A DNA stretch of 64,000 nucleotides from Amoebidium appalachense (taxonomy: Eukaryota; Protista; Ichthyosporea), in contig CAVNZM010000017.1 in NCBI GenBank assembly GCA_963693365.1, positions 3,453,375-3,517,374 of the forward strand. The letters are read 5' to 3'. The position numbers and the translations under genes are program-made. The notes under the pieces are model-generated. The model worked only from the letters and a program-made list of their open reading frames with translations. It made no database searches and was not told where the DNA came from. The number at the start of each line of letters is the position of its first letter. Position 1 is the stretch's first letter. Positions 13,298 through 26,698 of this stretch are shown here, piece after piece.

Positions 13298-14334
13298 GGG
13301 GAAGAGAAATGGAGCAAACAACGTGCGTACAGGCTTAAACGGACAAAAAATTGCAAACCGGATTGGGTTTAGCCAATCACTATTTGCTATCAGAAGCGGA
13401 TTCCCATGGTGTACATAATGTGATTGGATCGATTCTCGGCGGATCGGTGAGGTTGGCGATATGGTGGACATATTTCGGACACCGTTGCCATACGTTCCGA
13501 CGGAGCTTAAGTTATAACGTTAACGCTGTTTACTCGAGGCCTATCCCCGCTTTACGTAGAAAGGTCATGTGTGGGGGAAGATGTGAACACCCAGACGTGT
13601 ATGTACACCCGGGCAGGCCTGTGTACTCGTTGTTATGTTAATAGTTGGTTGATGGAGTACATCTTCAACGCGACGTATACACGCGTGCGTGCGATTCAGG
13701 AAGGGGTCCCCATATGGCTCTCGTATTATTTATATTCGTGTGATATATATATTCTATGTACTATCTATTACCAATATACGTTACGTATTGGTACAATATC
13801 ACCAATACTAATTAAATATCGTCACGCGTGATGGTGAAGGCATCCATGTAGCTCTGCAGCAGTGTGTGTGTGTGTGGTGCGTGTGTGTGTGGTGTGGAGA
13901 GGCGGCCTGGGGTGGGGGGGGGGGGGGGGGGGGGGGGGGGGAGGGCCCGGTGGGGGGGGGGGGGGGGGGGGGGCGGGGGGGGGGGGGGGGGGATAGGCAA
14001 ATACCAGACAGTGATGCATAATTGCACATTCTTTTGCAGCTACAGTTTGATGATATTTACCCACCGTGTGCACCACACATGTGACCCCAGTCTTCCGAGG
14101 TGGTGTCACAGGTGGGCGCCAACACCAATAAATTGACTGGTGACGGGTGTACAACCAAAGAAACTCAGCAGCACATATAATAACGTTGATGCTATACCCT
14201 GCCTAGTTAACGTAATAATAAGTGCACCATCGCACGCGTGACCCCCTCCCCCCCCCCCCCCCCCCCCCCCCCCGTGTTTTTGCCGCGCGGTACCCCTGAT
14301 ATTGTAGGTGTACACTGCCCCCACAACCCCAACT

Positions 14335-17330
14335 GTGTGCTGAATATCTCGTGCTAGGAAACCAATAACGCGAAACTAACACATGCCGCATGATATATGA
14401 TATATATGGTACAAGGGGCGTTTCAATCCGGGCTATAATGATGTGTTTTTTTCGTGTGACCCTCGTACTCCAGAGGCACATTCACCATCCCCCCCATAAA
14501 CTTTGTGGTAAATTTCTCGTGCTAGAAGCTGTTCTGTGGGTAGTTATTGAAAAAACCAATAATGTCTAGGTAACACATGTACATATACTATGCTACAAGG
14601 GGGGTTCTATACGAGCTACAACGTTGTGGTTTTTTCGTGTGCCCCTCGTACTCCAGGGGCACATTCACCATCCCCCCCATAAACTTTGTGGTAAATTTCT
14701 CGTGCTAGAAGCTGTTCTGTGGGTAGTTATTGAAAAAACCAATAATGTGTAAGTAACACATGTACATATATTATGCTACAAGGGGGGTTCTATTCGAGCT
14801 ACAACGTTGTGTTTTTTTCGTGTGACCCTCGTACTCCAGGGGCACATTCACCATCCCCCCAATAAACGTTTTGGTATATTTCTCGTGCTAGAGGCTGTTC
14901 TGTGGGTAGTTATTGAAAAACCCAAAAATGTCTAGGTAACACATGGACATATACTATGCTACAAGGGGGGTTCTATACGAGCTACAACGTTGTGTTTTTT
15001 TCGTGTGACCCTCGTACTCCAATGGCACATTCACCATCCCCCCCATAAACTGTGTGGTAAATTTCTCGTGCTAGAAGCTGTTCTGTGGGTAGTTATCGAA
15101 AAAACCAATAATGTGTAAGTAACACATGTACATATATTATGCTACAAGGGGGGTTCTATTCGAGCTACAACGTTGTGTTTTTTTTGTGTGACCCTCGTAC
15201 TCCAGGGGCACATTCACCATCCCCCCCATAAACTGTGTGGTAAATTTCTCGTGCTAGAAGCTGTTCTGTGGGTAGTTATCGAAAAAACCAATAATGCGTA
15301 AGTAACACATGTACACATATTATGCTACAAGGGGGGTTCTATACGAGCTACAACGTTGTGTTTTTTTTCGTGTGACCCTCGTACTCCAGGGGCACATTCA
15401 CCATCCCCCCCATAAACTTTGTGGTAATTTTCTCGTGCTAGAAGCTGTTCTGTGGGTAGGTATTGAAAAAACCAATAATGTCTAGGTAACACATGTACAT
15501 ATACTGTGCTACAAGGGGGGTTCTATACGAGCTACAACGTTGTGGTTTTTTCGTGTGCCCCTCGTACTCCAGGGGCACATTCACCATCACCCCCATAAAC
15601 TTGTGTAGTAAATTTCTCGTGCTAGAAGCTGTTCTGTGGGTAGTTATCGAAAAAACCAATAATGTCTAGGTAACACATGTACATATACTATGCTACTAGG
15701 GGGGTTCTATTCGAGCTACAACGTTGTGTTTTTTTCGTGTGACCCTCGTACTCCAGGGGCACATTCACCATCCCCCCAATAAACGTTTGGTTATATTTCT
15801 CGTGCTATAGGCTGTTCTGTGGGTAGTTATTGAAAAACCCAAAAATGTCTAGGTAACACATGGACATATACTATGCTACAAGGGGGGTTCTATACGAGCT
15901 ACAACGTTGTGTTTTTTTCGTGTGACCCTCGTACTCCAAGGGCACATTCACCATCCCCCCCATAAACTGTGTGGTAAATTTCTCGTGCTAGAAGCTGTTC
16001 TGTGGGTAGTTATCGAAAAAACCAATAATGTGTAAGTAACACATGTACATATATTATGCTACAAGGGGGGTTCTATTCGAGCTACAACGTTGTGTTTTTT
16101 TTGTGTGACCCTCGTACTCCAGGGGCACATTCACCATCCCCCCCATAAACTGTGTGGTAAATGTCTCGTGCTAGAAGCTGTTCTGTGGGTAGTTATTGAA
16201 AAAACCAATAATGTCTAGGTAACACATGTACATATATTATGCTACAAGGGGGGTTCTATTCGAGCTACAACGTTGTGTTTTTTTCGTGTGACCCTCGTAC
16301 TCCAGGGGCACATTCACTATCCCCCCCATAAACTTTGTGGTAAAGTTCTCGTGCGAGAGGCTGTTCTGTGGGTAGTTATTGAAAAAACCAATACTATGTG
16401 TAAGTAACACATGTACATATATTATGCTACAAGGGGGGTTCTATTCGAGCTACAACGTTGTGTTTTTTTCGTGTGACCCTCGTACTCCAGGGGCACATTC
16501 ACTATCCCCCCCATAAACTTTGTGGTAAATTTCTCGTGCGAGAGGCTGTTCTGTGGGTAGTTATTGAAAAACCCAATACTATGTGTAAGTAACACATGTA
16601 CATATATTATGCTACAAGGGGGGTTCTATTCGAGCTACAACGTTGTGTTTTTTTCGTGTGACCCTCGTAGTCCAGGGGCACATTCACCATCCCCCCCATA
16701 AACTGTGTGGTAAATGTCTCGTGCTAGAAGCTGTTCTGTGGGTAGTTATTGAAAAAACCAATAATGTGTAAGTAACACATGTACATATATTATGCTACAA
16801 GGGGGGTTCTATTCGAGCTACAACGTTGTGTTTTTTTCGTGTGACCCTCGTACTCCAGGGGCACATTCACTATCCCCCCCATAAACGTTGCGGTAAATGT
16901 CTCGTGCTAGAAGCTGTTCTGTGGGTAGTTATTGAAAAAACCAATAATGTGTAAGTAACACATGTACATATACTATGCTACAAGGGGGGTTCTATTCGAG
17001 CTACAACCTTGTGTTTTTTTCGTGTGGCCCTCGTACTCCAGGGGCACATTCACCATCCCCCCCATAAACTTTGTGGTAAATTTCTCGGGCGAGAGGCTGT
17101 TCTGTGGGTAGTTATTGAAAAAACCAAAAATGCCTAGGTTGAACACATGGACATATACTGTGCTACAAGGGGGGTTCTATACGAGCTACAACGTTGTGTT
17201 TTTTTCGTGTGACCCTGGTACTCCAAGGGCACATTCACCATCTCCCCTTATAATTTGTGGTGAATTTATCGTGCTAGAAGCTACTCTGTGGGTAGTTAGT
17301 GAAAAAACCCGATGCTTATAAGTAACGCAT
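14335..17330. repeat. ~183-bp satellite, about 16 monomers
   Basis: The unit ..ctcgtgctagaagctgttctgtgggtagttattgaaaaaacc..gctacaaggggggttctat.cgagctacaacg.. recurs every ~183 bp; terminal monomers are more diverged. Confidence 0.97.
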
Positions 17331-17554
17331 GCACAAATTGTCATCATAGCATTACACTACCATAGTAGTTGGTCGACAATAACGATATATTGGGAATGTG
17401 GACACCATATTGTAAACCAAAAAATAATAACCCCATAATATACTACACATACCTAACAATGTATTGTGAATGAATAAAATACTTGCTTACGTGCTGGTAA
17501 CATACGAGAAACAAGGATTCTCTCGCTCTTTTTTTCTTTCTTTTTTGTTTGTTT

Positions 17555-17555
17555 T

Positions 17556-17652
<97 letters not shown>

Positions 17653-18200
17653 GTGTGTGTGTGTGTGTGTGTTTAAGGGGGGGGGGGGGGGGGGGGTCGT
17701 TTTGCAGATATATCGACTAGAGTCCCTCATCAGGGGACACATTCACAGTACTTTATTAAGATCGGCCTTCAAGGCCAAAAAAGCTCAATCTCGAGTAAGA
17801 TTAGATAGCATTTTATGAGGCCGGCCAGGCCTTAAATACAAAAAGGAGAAAAAACAACACACAGCTAAACATAGATCTAATATTAGCTAAATCAATCGAC
17901 ACACTGGTACATTGCCTGGAGTAAACAGCATCTATCCCACTGGTACATGTACTGTCATCATCCAACCAACACCCGTGTAGTACCTTTGTCAAGCGTTCCT
18001 ACGATACTACATAAGAGAAGAGAGGGTTATATGTGTACGTGTGTACGTGTGTACGTGTGTGTGTATGTGTGTATGTGTGAGGGGAGGGAGGGAGGGAGGG
18101 TTGGGAGGGAGGGAGGGGAGGGAGGGTTGGGAGGGAGGGAGGGAGGGAGGGGGGGAGGGAGGGAGGGAGGGAGGGAGAGAAAGAGAGAGAGTGTGATGTC

Positions 18201-18236
<36 letters not shown>

Positions 18237-18282
18237 GTGTGTGTGTGAGTGAATTGAGTGTGAGATGATGTGATGTGATGTG

Positions 18283-18332
<50 letters not shown>

Positions 18333-18461
18333 TGAGTGGAGGGAGGGAGGGAGGGAGGGTTGGGAGGGAGGGAGGGGAGGGAGGGTTGGGAGGGAGGGAG
18401 GGAGGGAGGGGGGGGAGGGAGGGAGGGAGGGAGGGAGAGAAAGAGAGAGAGTGTGCATGTC

Positions 18462-18496
<35 letters not shown>

Positions 18497-18555
18497 GTGT
18501 GTGTGTGAGTGCATATGTGAGTGTGCATGTGCATGTGCATGTGCATGTGCATGTG

Positions 18556-18620
<65 letters not shown>

Positions 18621-19093
18621 AAGGAGGGAGGGAGGGAGGGAGGGAGGGAGGGAGGGAGGGAGGGAGGGAGGGACGGAGGGAGGGAGGGAGGGATGGTTGG
18701 GAGGGAGGGAGGGAGGGAGGGAGGGAGGCAGGGAGGGAGGGAGAGAAAGAGAGAGAGACAGTGTGTGTGTGTGCATATCTGTATGTGTGTGTGTGTGTGC
18801 GTGTTTGCGTGTGTGTGTGTGTGTGTGCATGTGTGAGTGTACATGTGCATGTGTGTGTGTCTGTGTGTGCATATGTGCATGTGTGTGTGTGTGTGTGTGT
18901 ATGCGTGTCTGTGTCTGATGTGTGGATGTCTGTGTATGTTGTGTGTGTGTGTATGTCTGTGTGTGTGTATGTGCTCAGTTGAAAGGGAAGGGGGGGAGAG
19001 GGGGGATGCACCGTGTGTGTGCATGTGTGCACGTGTGTGTGTGTGTGCTCTGTGGAGAGGGAAGGGGAGGGGGGGAAATGCACCGTGTGTGTG

Positions 19094-19152
<59 letters not shown>

Positions 19153-19299
19153 TTTGTGTGTTTGTCTGTGTGTGCATGTCTGTGTGCGTCGTGTGTGGTG
19201 TGTGTGTGTATGTGCATGTCTGTGCATGTGTGCATGTGCTCGGTGGAGAGGGAAGGGCAAGGGGGGGATTCGTGTCCGTGCATGTGTGCATGTGTGCAT

Positions 19300-19347
<48 letters not shown>

Positions 19348-19578
19348 ATGTATGTGTGTGTGTATGTGCTCAGTTGAGAGGGAAGGGGGGGGGGGGGGGG
19401 ATGCACCGTGTGTGTGCATGTGTGCACTTGTGTGTGTGTGTGTGCTCTGTGGAGAGGGAAGGGGAGGGGGAGGAAATGCACCGTGTGTGTGCATATGTGT
19501 GTGTGTCTCTCTGTATGTGTGTGTGTGTGTGTTGTGTGTTTGTGTGTGTGAGCATGTCTGTGTACGTCGTGTGTGTGT

Positions 19579-19650
<72 letters not shown>

Positions 19651-19991
19651 GGTGTGTGTGTGTGTCCCGGTGTGCATGTGCGTGCGTGTGTGTGAGTGCA
19701 TGTTTTTGGAGTGCATGTTTTTGCATTGTGTGCGAGCATATGGATGCCTTGGTAAGAACAAGATTGGACGGTGTCGAATGCTGTGTGTGTTAGTGTGTGT
19801 GTGTGTGTGTGTGTGTGTATCTGTGTGCGTGTGTGTTTTTTTGGGGGGAGAGGGGTAGTAGGAGGACAAGAGGGGGGGGGGGGGGGGGTAAAGAGTACGA
19901 GAGAAAGGGGTAGAATTTCAGACATGTGGAGGCTTGAGCAAAAGCAGGTTAAGTCCATAATGGGTAAAACCGGCGCTGGAACGAGAGGGAA

Positions 19992-20024
<33 letters not shown>

Positions 20025-20563
20025 GATGATGTGTGCATTCGAGGGTGGCAGCCAAAGAAGCAAAGCATCGCAAAGGACATTGGAATAGAGGGACACAGGA
20101 CCAAAACAGGATCAATGGGAGAAGAGGGAAAAAAATTAATAGTTATCGGGGAGGGATAAGAAGAAATACTGCAAGTAATCGAGGCGAACAGGTATGGGGG
20201 GAACCGGGCAGGAAGAAGGGGGGGGGGGGGGGGGGGGGGAGGGGTGAAGGACGAGAGGGTGGGTCACAAGGACAGAGATTATTCAGTACAGACTAAGGCT
20301 TCAGCCGGGAAGGGAGGGGGGGGGGGGGGGGGGGGGAGGGGAGAGGAGGGGTGGGGGGGGGTCATAAAAGGACAAGGAAAGGCACCTGGTGATTTCAGCA
20401 ACCAGTCGAGGCTTGAACAAGAGTAGGTGAAGTTTGTAACGGTTAGCAAAACTGGTGCTAGAACGAGAGAGGAAACACACAGTGAAACGTAAAAGAGGGT
20501 AGAGAGTTGAGAGGAAGAAGGGGAAGTTTGTGTGTGTGCGTGTATGCATGGGTGGGTGGGTAT

Positions 20564-20653
<90 letters not shown>

Positions 20654-20760
20654 TGGTTACACTGGCAGCGTCCGTGGTGATGGGTTTGGGGGGGAAGGGG
20701 GTGAGGGGAGTGAGGGATGTTTCGAAGAAAGAAAAGTATTGCAAGTAACAAGGGGGCATA
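17555..20760. repeat. Compound low-complexity region: (GT)n, (GGGA)n, poly-G
   Basis: Directly visible; explains the long HT/CV/GRE pseudo-ORFs. Confidence 0.95.
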
Positions 20761-21713
20761 AAGACATAGGACTAAAACAAAATGGAGGGGGAGGAAGGGG
20801 GGGATGCTGTAAACTTTGATGCGTCTCGGGGACGTGTGTAGGGACTGCGAGTTCTCTTAGATTTGTATTTCAGAATTTTTACTCTATTCCTCCAGGTTTT
20901 TTTTATATTTTTTTAGGGTTGGGTTGGGGGGGGGGGGGGGGGGGGTTGTCATTACTTTCCTGTATTATCCTTTATGCTACTTCAAGTTTTATACCCCACA
21001 GCTTACACAGGATGTAGGCTGGTGAAAGGTTTAATGGTAGGACGTTCGGTGACGTTTGTACCACGGACCACGGGAACATCTTCCCCAGGAACAGTATTCA
21101 AAACAAAGAACTTTTATATTTTGAGGTGCTAAAAACGTGAGGACCACTTGTTATGGCCGTTGCCCTTCTCAATCTTGGTACGGAAATGCACCCATAATAT
21201 ACTGCAAACGTATTGTATATGACGTGTGTATATCGTACAGGTACTGGTAGTATATTGATAGTACCTCCTACGTAATGATTTGTTCGCATTCGAACATACT
21301 GGCAGTATATACTGAGACTATAACCAATATATGGTGTCCTTAGCTGTGTCCGTATTGGTGACAGTATTATAGATGTATTCGTGACATTGCCAATTGTCAT
21401 CTTCACTTAATTCTCAGCAAGACTTAGAAGTTGAGTTTGGTATTTATTTATTAGTTGTTGTAGTTTGTTTCCTTTTCCTTTCTTCATTTCTTTCTTTCTT
21501 TTCCGTTTCCGTGTACACAACATCTTAGATCTGTGTACGTATCGACATACTTAGCTCGCGCACACGTATTGTCGTTTGCGTCAAAATCTATATATGTCAT
21601 CCAATCATATCTCGTTTGTATTTTCCCAAATATAGTAACTTACATTCCTTTCTCATTCCTTTCCCACGACGTAGCATTGTGCTATGTTCTTCAACTATTC
21701 AGAAAAAAATATA

Positions 21714-22106
21714 TGCCAACACATGTTCAACAAACATTTTCGGAGTGTAGTCCTTGTATGCGCAGTACATTGCTAATACCGTGGTATTAGGGTGGACATA
21801 AACCCTGCTTCTCCGTTTACCCACACAAAATAACAGGTTATGGGCCCAGCACGCTTCCACTGCGCCACTCTGCTTCTCCGTTTACCCACACAAAATAACA
21901 CCAATACCACTTGTGCCTTAGATATTCGCAATAGGATAAAAGTTTTCTTGCTATATCATGTTTATGTTCTACTAATATGGATGTGATATGGGTAGGATAT
22001 GATCTACATAATGTCAGTATATGTCCACCCTAATACCACGGTATTAGCAATGTACTGCGCATACAAGGACTACACTCCGAAAATGTTTGTTGAACATGTG
22101 TTGGCA
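21714..22106. repeat. Inverted repeat with ~87-bp perfect arms (21714-21800 / 22020-22106) and a ~220-bp spacer containing a 31-bp direct duplication
   Basis: tgccaacacatgttcaac...gggtggacata versus tatgtccaccc...gaacatgtgttggca. Confidence 0.9.
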
Positions 22107-22959
22107 ATACATTCACAATATTGCGACTACATAGGTAAAGTGACCTGATCTTTCATCCCCAATATTTTACCAATATATTGGCAATAAAATACACGCCCCA
22201 TATTTTCGGTTGCTTTTACCTATTGATAATAGGTGCATAATAGTCTTGATATTGTGACGGATACATTGGCAATACATTTCGACCGAATTGAGATCCTATT
22301 ATAATCATATCATAACCCTATAACCAATAGCGACATTATGTTTGTATCGGCCATATGGAACATATGGGTTGGGTATATTGCCAATATCCCAAAATGGTCA
22401 GAAAAATACATTCATAATATATTGGCAATAGTCTTGCCACGTTGGACAATACCCTAATTTGACACAAAATTGTCCTACATTTTATATATTCATAACGTAT
22501 TGACAACCGCAAGCAATAGTATAATACCGAATAAGTACATTGACAATATCGAAATTGTATTGTTAATAGGCACACGTACACGCATTTTGGGATATTGCCA
22601 GTACATTACTCATACGGTATATAGTTATTGGTGGTAGACCTGACATGGTATGACAATAATATAAAAATATTATGCCGATATTACGTCAATATTACAGTTC
22701 TATTACACTTCTATAGCGTCTCTACCACAGAAAATCTCTACTCGCAATACATTGGCAATGGATAATTGATATTACTGCAGTATTAATCTGGTGTTTTTAC
22801 GATATTGGCAATAGATAATAGCCTCACAATATTGGCAATACCACGGGGAAGTTTGCTGATGCTGATCTGGACAGCTAAATTGCTAGTCCAATCACGGAGC
22901 CCGTCTACCTCAATCTCTTGATGTACATTCGATGCACAATATAGACCAAATTAGATTTA

Positions 22960-24001
22960 GGGCCTGTTTGGTAGCGCGCTAAATACGGTTTTTTATCGTA
23001 TTCGTATTTAGGGCCTAAATACGTATACGATCCCGTGGCATGCCAAACACGCCGCGGGCTTTTATTTTTTGTAAATACGATAGGGATCGCTTTTATATCG
23101 TATTTACGAAAATCACCTCCGGAGGTGATTATCGTAAATACGATATAGGAAATTATCCAATCAGAGCATTTCGCATCATTTATTGGCTATCAGCTAGCCA
23201 ATGGTACAGCGTAAGCCGCGACGGGCACATTTTTTCTACAGTACGCATGCCGGCGCATGCACGTGAACAATTCAATGTTAAAAAGAAGGTCGGTGTCATA
23301 CACGTCATTTTGTGTACATGCTCAGTTAAAATTTGCACATGAATTTGGGCTGCACAGGTAAGACAGAGAACGAGGAACCCTACACGGTGCATGATAACAA
23401 GCTCAGACTGTATATATGCCATAATAATCATTGAAACAATACTGGACTCCGATATATGCATTAATAAAAACAATCAAATGTACATGTACAAACTCGGTGA
23501 CATGCAGGCACAACGAGTACTGCATAAGGACAAATTTTAACACTCATTATGTGTTCAGATACTATGTGGGGAATGCCAGGGACGAACGTTGGTGACGTAA
23601 AACGAGGTCTCTAGCAAGGCTAGCCACCGCAATAACTGGCAGTATCCCTTCAATAACAGACATTCTAACCTATTGTTAAACAGAGCAAGACTCACGGTCG
23701 GTGACTCGTTTTTGCCGTTCGCTGTAATACTGATAAAAAGTGTTAAACCCCCTGACTACAGCTGCACCAGTCTATATGCATGGAATACCGAAGGATGATC
23801 AATGGGTGCGAATAGGGCCAATCAGATCTCGTGAACCATGTATCGACATTTTATGTGACCAGTCACGCCTGACAGCGTTTGGAAGGCACCAACCGTATTT
23901 AGGCCCTAAATACGCATACCACGATAAATTTTGTAAATACGGTAGATCGTATTTAGGGCCTAAATACGAATACGATTATTGGGGTGCTGCCAAACAGGCC
24001 C
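22960..24001. mobile_element. PIF/Harbinger-type non-autonomous element (Tourist-like MITE)
   Basis: TIR GGGCCTGTTTGG...CCAAACAGGCCC, TTA target duplication on both sides, subterminal quasi-palindromes cgtatttagggcctaaatacg. Confidence 0.9.
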
Positions 24002-24405
24002 TTACTCAATGTGTTTGCTTCGCTCTAGGGAGATCCAGCCAGCCGAACTGGCGAAATGAAGGGCTGAGTGATCGGCGGTCATTACCAAATCCTGCTTATA
24101 ATGCTTAAAATCAATAATTTGAATAGAAAAGGGGTTTTGCTCCATTAATAAATAACTTGATAAACAAAGCGACAAGCAATTCTTGTATAAGCAACATGGG
24201 GTGTCCGGCGCCTATTTCGTAGCGAAAACAGGCAAAAACCATAATTTCATCATAGACGATCGATCTCGAGGCAAGGTGGTGAGAGGCCATGCAAGACGGG
24301 TTTTGATGATTTTAGCGATGTAGGCGTTGTCGGAGCACCCCGACTACTTATAGCATTATTGCGCGCCTTTTTATTTCCTAAAACTTTTTCTTATGGACGA
24401 CAACC

Positions 24406-25351
24406 TTTTTTCTTTTGACTGGATTAAGTTATTCGACGGAAAGATATGCAAGTATGCACGGCATACTGAGAAGACAATAAAAATTTCACGAGTTATCCAG
24501 TAACAAGTGCATACTGAGATACCTGAACACTGTGTGAAAATCATATAAATACTCAATGTGACGACCAACAGAATTCAACAAAAAGTCTAAAGTGGTCACA
24601 TTGCCAGCCAGTGTAGCAGACACCCGTAGGGAAAGAGGTAAAACGCGACATAAAAACTCACACCTATCAACATGCTTGCGATTAAAAAGTTCAGCACAAA
24701 AGTGGCACCAGCTACGATGAAAGCAAAAATTACAACGCCACTGCACAACTTCCCAGGCAATCACTTGAACATCAGAGCACCATACAGATTTATCTACTAG
24801 GGTGGTATTCATACCTACAGCAGGAGAAATATATCCTGCCAAAGCTCCCAAAAAGCGATAATGACCAGTAGTACGGTGTTGCCTAAGGAACATAACACAT
24901 GCCGACTGAGTTTTACCTTTGATTTCTCTATCAGAACGAGAAAGAACTTGAAACTTATACTGCGTATGGTAATAACGCGAAAAGGCAGAAAAAACAGGAA
25001 GAGAAAAGAAAGAGGGAGTGAGATAGCGAGAGGAAGAATCAGGTTGAAAGAGGGTAGGCTGAGGACATTCAGAAGTAGCGTTGGTGAATCGGGGAGGAAG
25101 AGGGATGGAGGGAGGGGGGGAAAGAAAGTATAAAGAGGGTGACCATCAGGTATCCTAATTAAATGAAAACAAAAACGAAGAGACAATTCCTCCATACGAA
25201 AAACAGCAGACGACAATCCAAACATACTGATTAAGGGAGGCACAAACCGAGTACGAAACAAAGTGCGCAGCGCAGTACCCTGAAAATCGTCGAACTCTTT
25301 CAGCGCCACGGCCGCCTAGCGAGGTGGGGCGCAGGCCAATAGCGGAAGTCC
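24406..25351 (-). mobile_element. 5'-truncated LINE copy (3' ~950 bp with short A-tail), inverted
   Basis: Reverse complement of ~29005-29940 with scattered substitutions and indels. Confidence 0.92.
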
Positions 25352-25590
25352 CAACGAATTGACTAACACACGTGTGTTCATCGTGTCACCATCAAGTGTG
25401 CACTGGACGGATACCCCAACCAGGCACTCACCACATTAACAGGGTGTGTAGGTCCCTCCCTGCCCTAGAATATCTCGAGACCGACAATTTTTTGCTTTCT
25501 TGATTGATTACCTCCCTACGTCATCGGATTTGCATTCCCTTTCAGTATATATACCGTTTTACATCTTTTGTTTTATTCAGGCCCAACACC

Positions 25591-26698
25591 ATGGCCTCCC
25601 AGCACGACCTCGTCCCTCTCGATGGCAAGCGGGTGCACAGTCCCGAGCAGTCCCCCCCGCCCCACCATGCCAACCGGTTTGGTGTCCTCGCTATCGAAAA
25701 CTCCGACGACATCCTGGATTTTGAGTCCCAACAGGCGAGTCAGCAGGTTGTGTTGTCTACTCCACAACCTTCCATCCCAGCCACTAAGAAACCCAAGACC
25801 AACACAGACCAACTCAAGGACCTACGTGATGAAAATGCCCGCCTTCGCATCCAAGTGACTGAGCTCCTGCAGCGGGTGCAGGAACTCACCGCCACCCTGG
25901 CTCGTTTCATCGATACGCCTTCGCCTTCCCGTGAGCCTCAGCCGGTGGGGCCGGCCGCTGCGGCAGCTGCTGCGGCGTCTCCCCCTCACGGTGGTGGCCC
26001 TCGCATTCCCACCGTCATTCCGGAACGGTCGGAGATTCGCGGAGCCGCCCCCCCTGCCAATTCCATACCCGTTTCCTATGCTGCCGCCGCTGCTCGCTCC
26101 GAGGAGGACGCATTTCGTGAGGAGGCCAACAAGGTTGGCTCGGTCAATGGCAAGCCTGAGGCTGTTGACAGCTTTGTGGCCGCTGTCAAGCGCCTTCGCG
26201 AACGGTGCCGTCCCCGTCCTGTCAACCCCATGCCACGTCAGGACCAAGCCCGTGCTCACTCTCCCGCTTTCAAACCCGTCTACGTCACCCTTGCTCGCGG
26301 CCCCATCTCGCAGATCAAGCAAGATTTTCGGGCAATTCGTGTGCGTACCAGCAAAATTCGCAATTATTCCTTCATCGGCGGCGGTGTGCTTGAGCTTCTT
26401 GTTGAGGAGGACTACGAGGCTGAGTTGTGCACCAAGCTGCGCAACCTTCTGCACCTCGAAATTTCTGGACTCGGCGGCTTTTCAGCCTGATGCGCTCGGT
26501 AACATTCGACAACAGAAATTTATGGACGCCGGCAAAACCGCTGTGGACATGCTTCGCGGGCGGTTGCAGAAACAGCTGGCCTTTTTCGAGCGGGCGGACG
26601 GATCCCCCCGCCATGTGACTGCGTCCCAGGAGGTGGCGGCTTTTTATCGTGCGTGGTTGGATCGGATTGGCGCACCGTGGGCAGCTGCCGGAAATTAA
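25591..26698 (+). CDS. LINE ORF1 (coiled-coil, nucleic-acid chaperone-like); one frameshift near 26470-26490
   Basis: accATGG start, NRFGVL motif, coiled coil LKDLRDENARLRIQVTELLQRVQEL; the stop abuts the ORF2 start (TAAATG). Confidence 0.75.

Larger units (their letters stand above)
10181..22861. mobile_element. Large non-autonomous TIR DNA transposon, EnSpm/CACTA-like
   Basis: Left end CATCAGCAAACTTCCC..GTATTGCCAA; right end TTGGCAATAC..GGGAAGTTTGCTGATG; a CT dinucleotide flanks both ends (2-bp TSD). About 1 kb of subterminal (T)ATTGCCAA/TTGGCAAT repeats at each end. No transposase ORF. Confidence 0.72.

Noticed and set aside
14335-17330. Possible CRISPR-like repeat-spacer array (also considered for 1530-1890, 11525-13297 and 42140-42680)
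   Set aside because: Units are contiguous near-identical monomers with no unique spacers, and no cas genes are present; the last is a coding repeat.
17947-20819. Long HT-, CV- and GRE-repeat ORFs (up to 620 aa); similar ones at 377-908 and 32113-33042
   Set aside because: Translations of (CA)n/(GT)n/(GGGA)n microsatellites, open in several frames.
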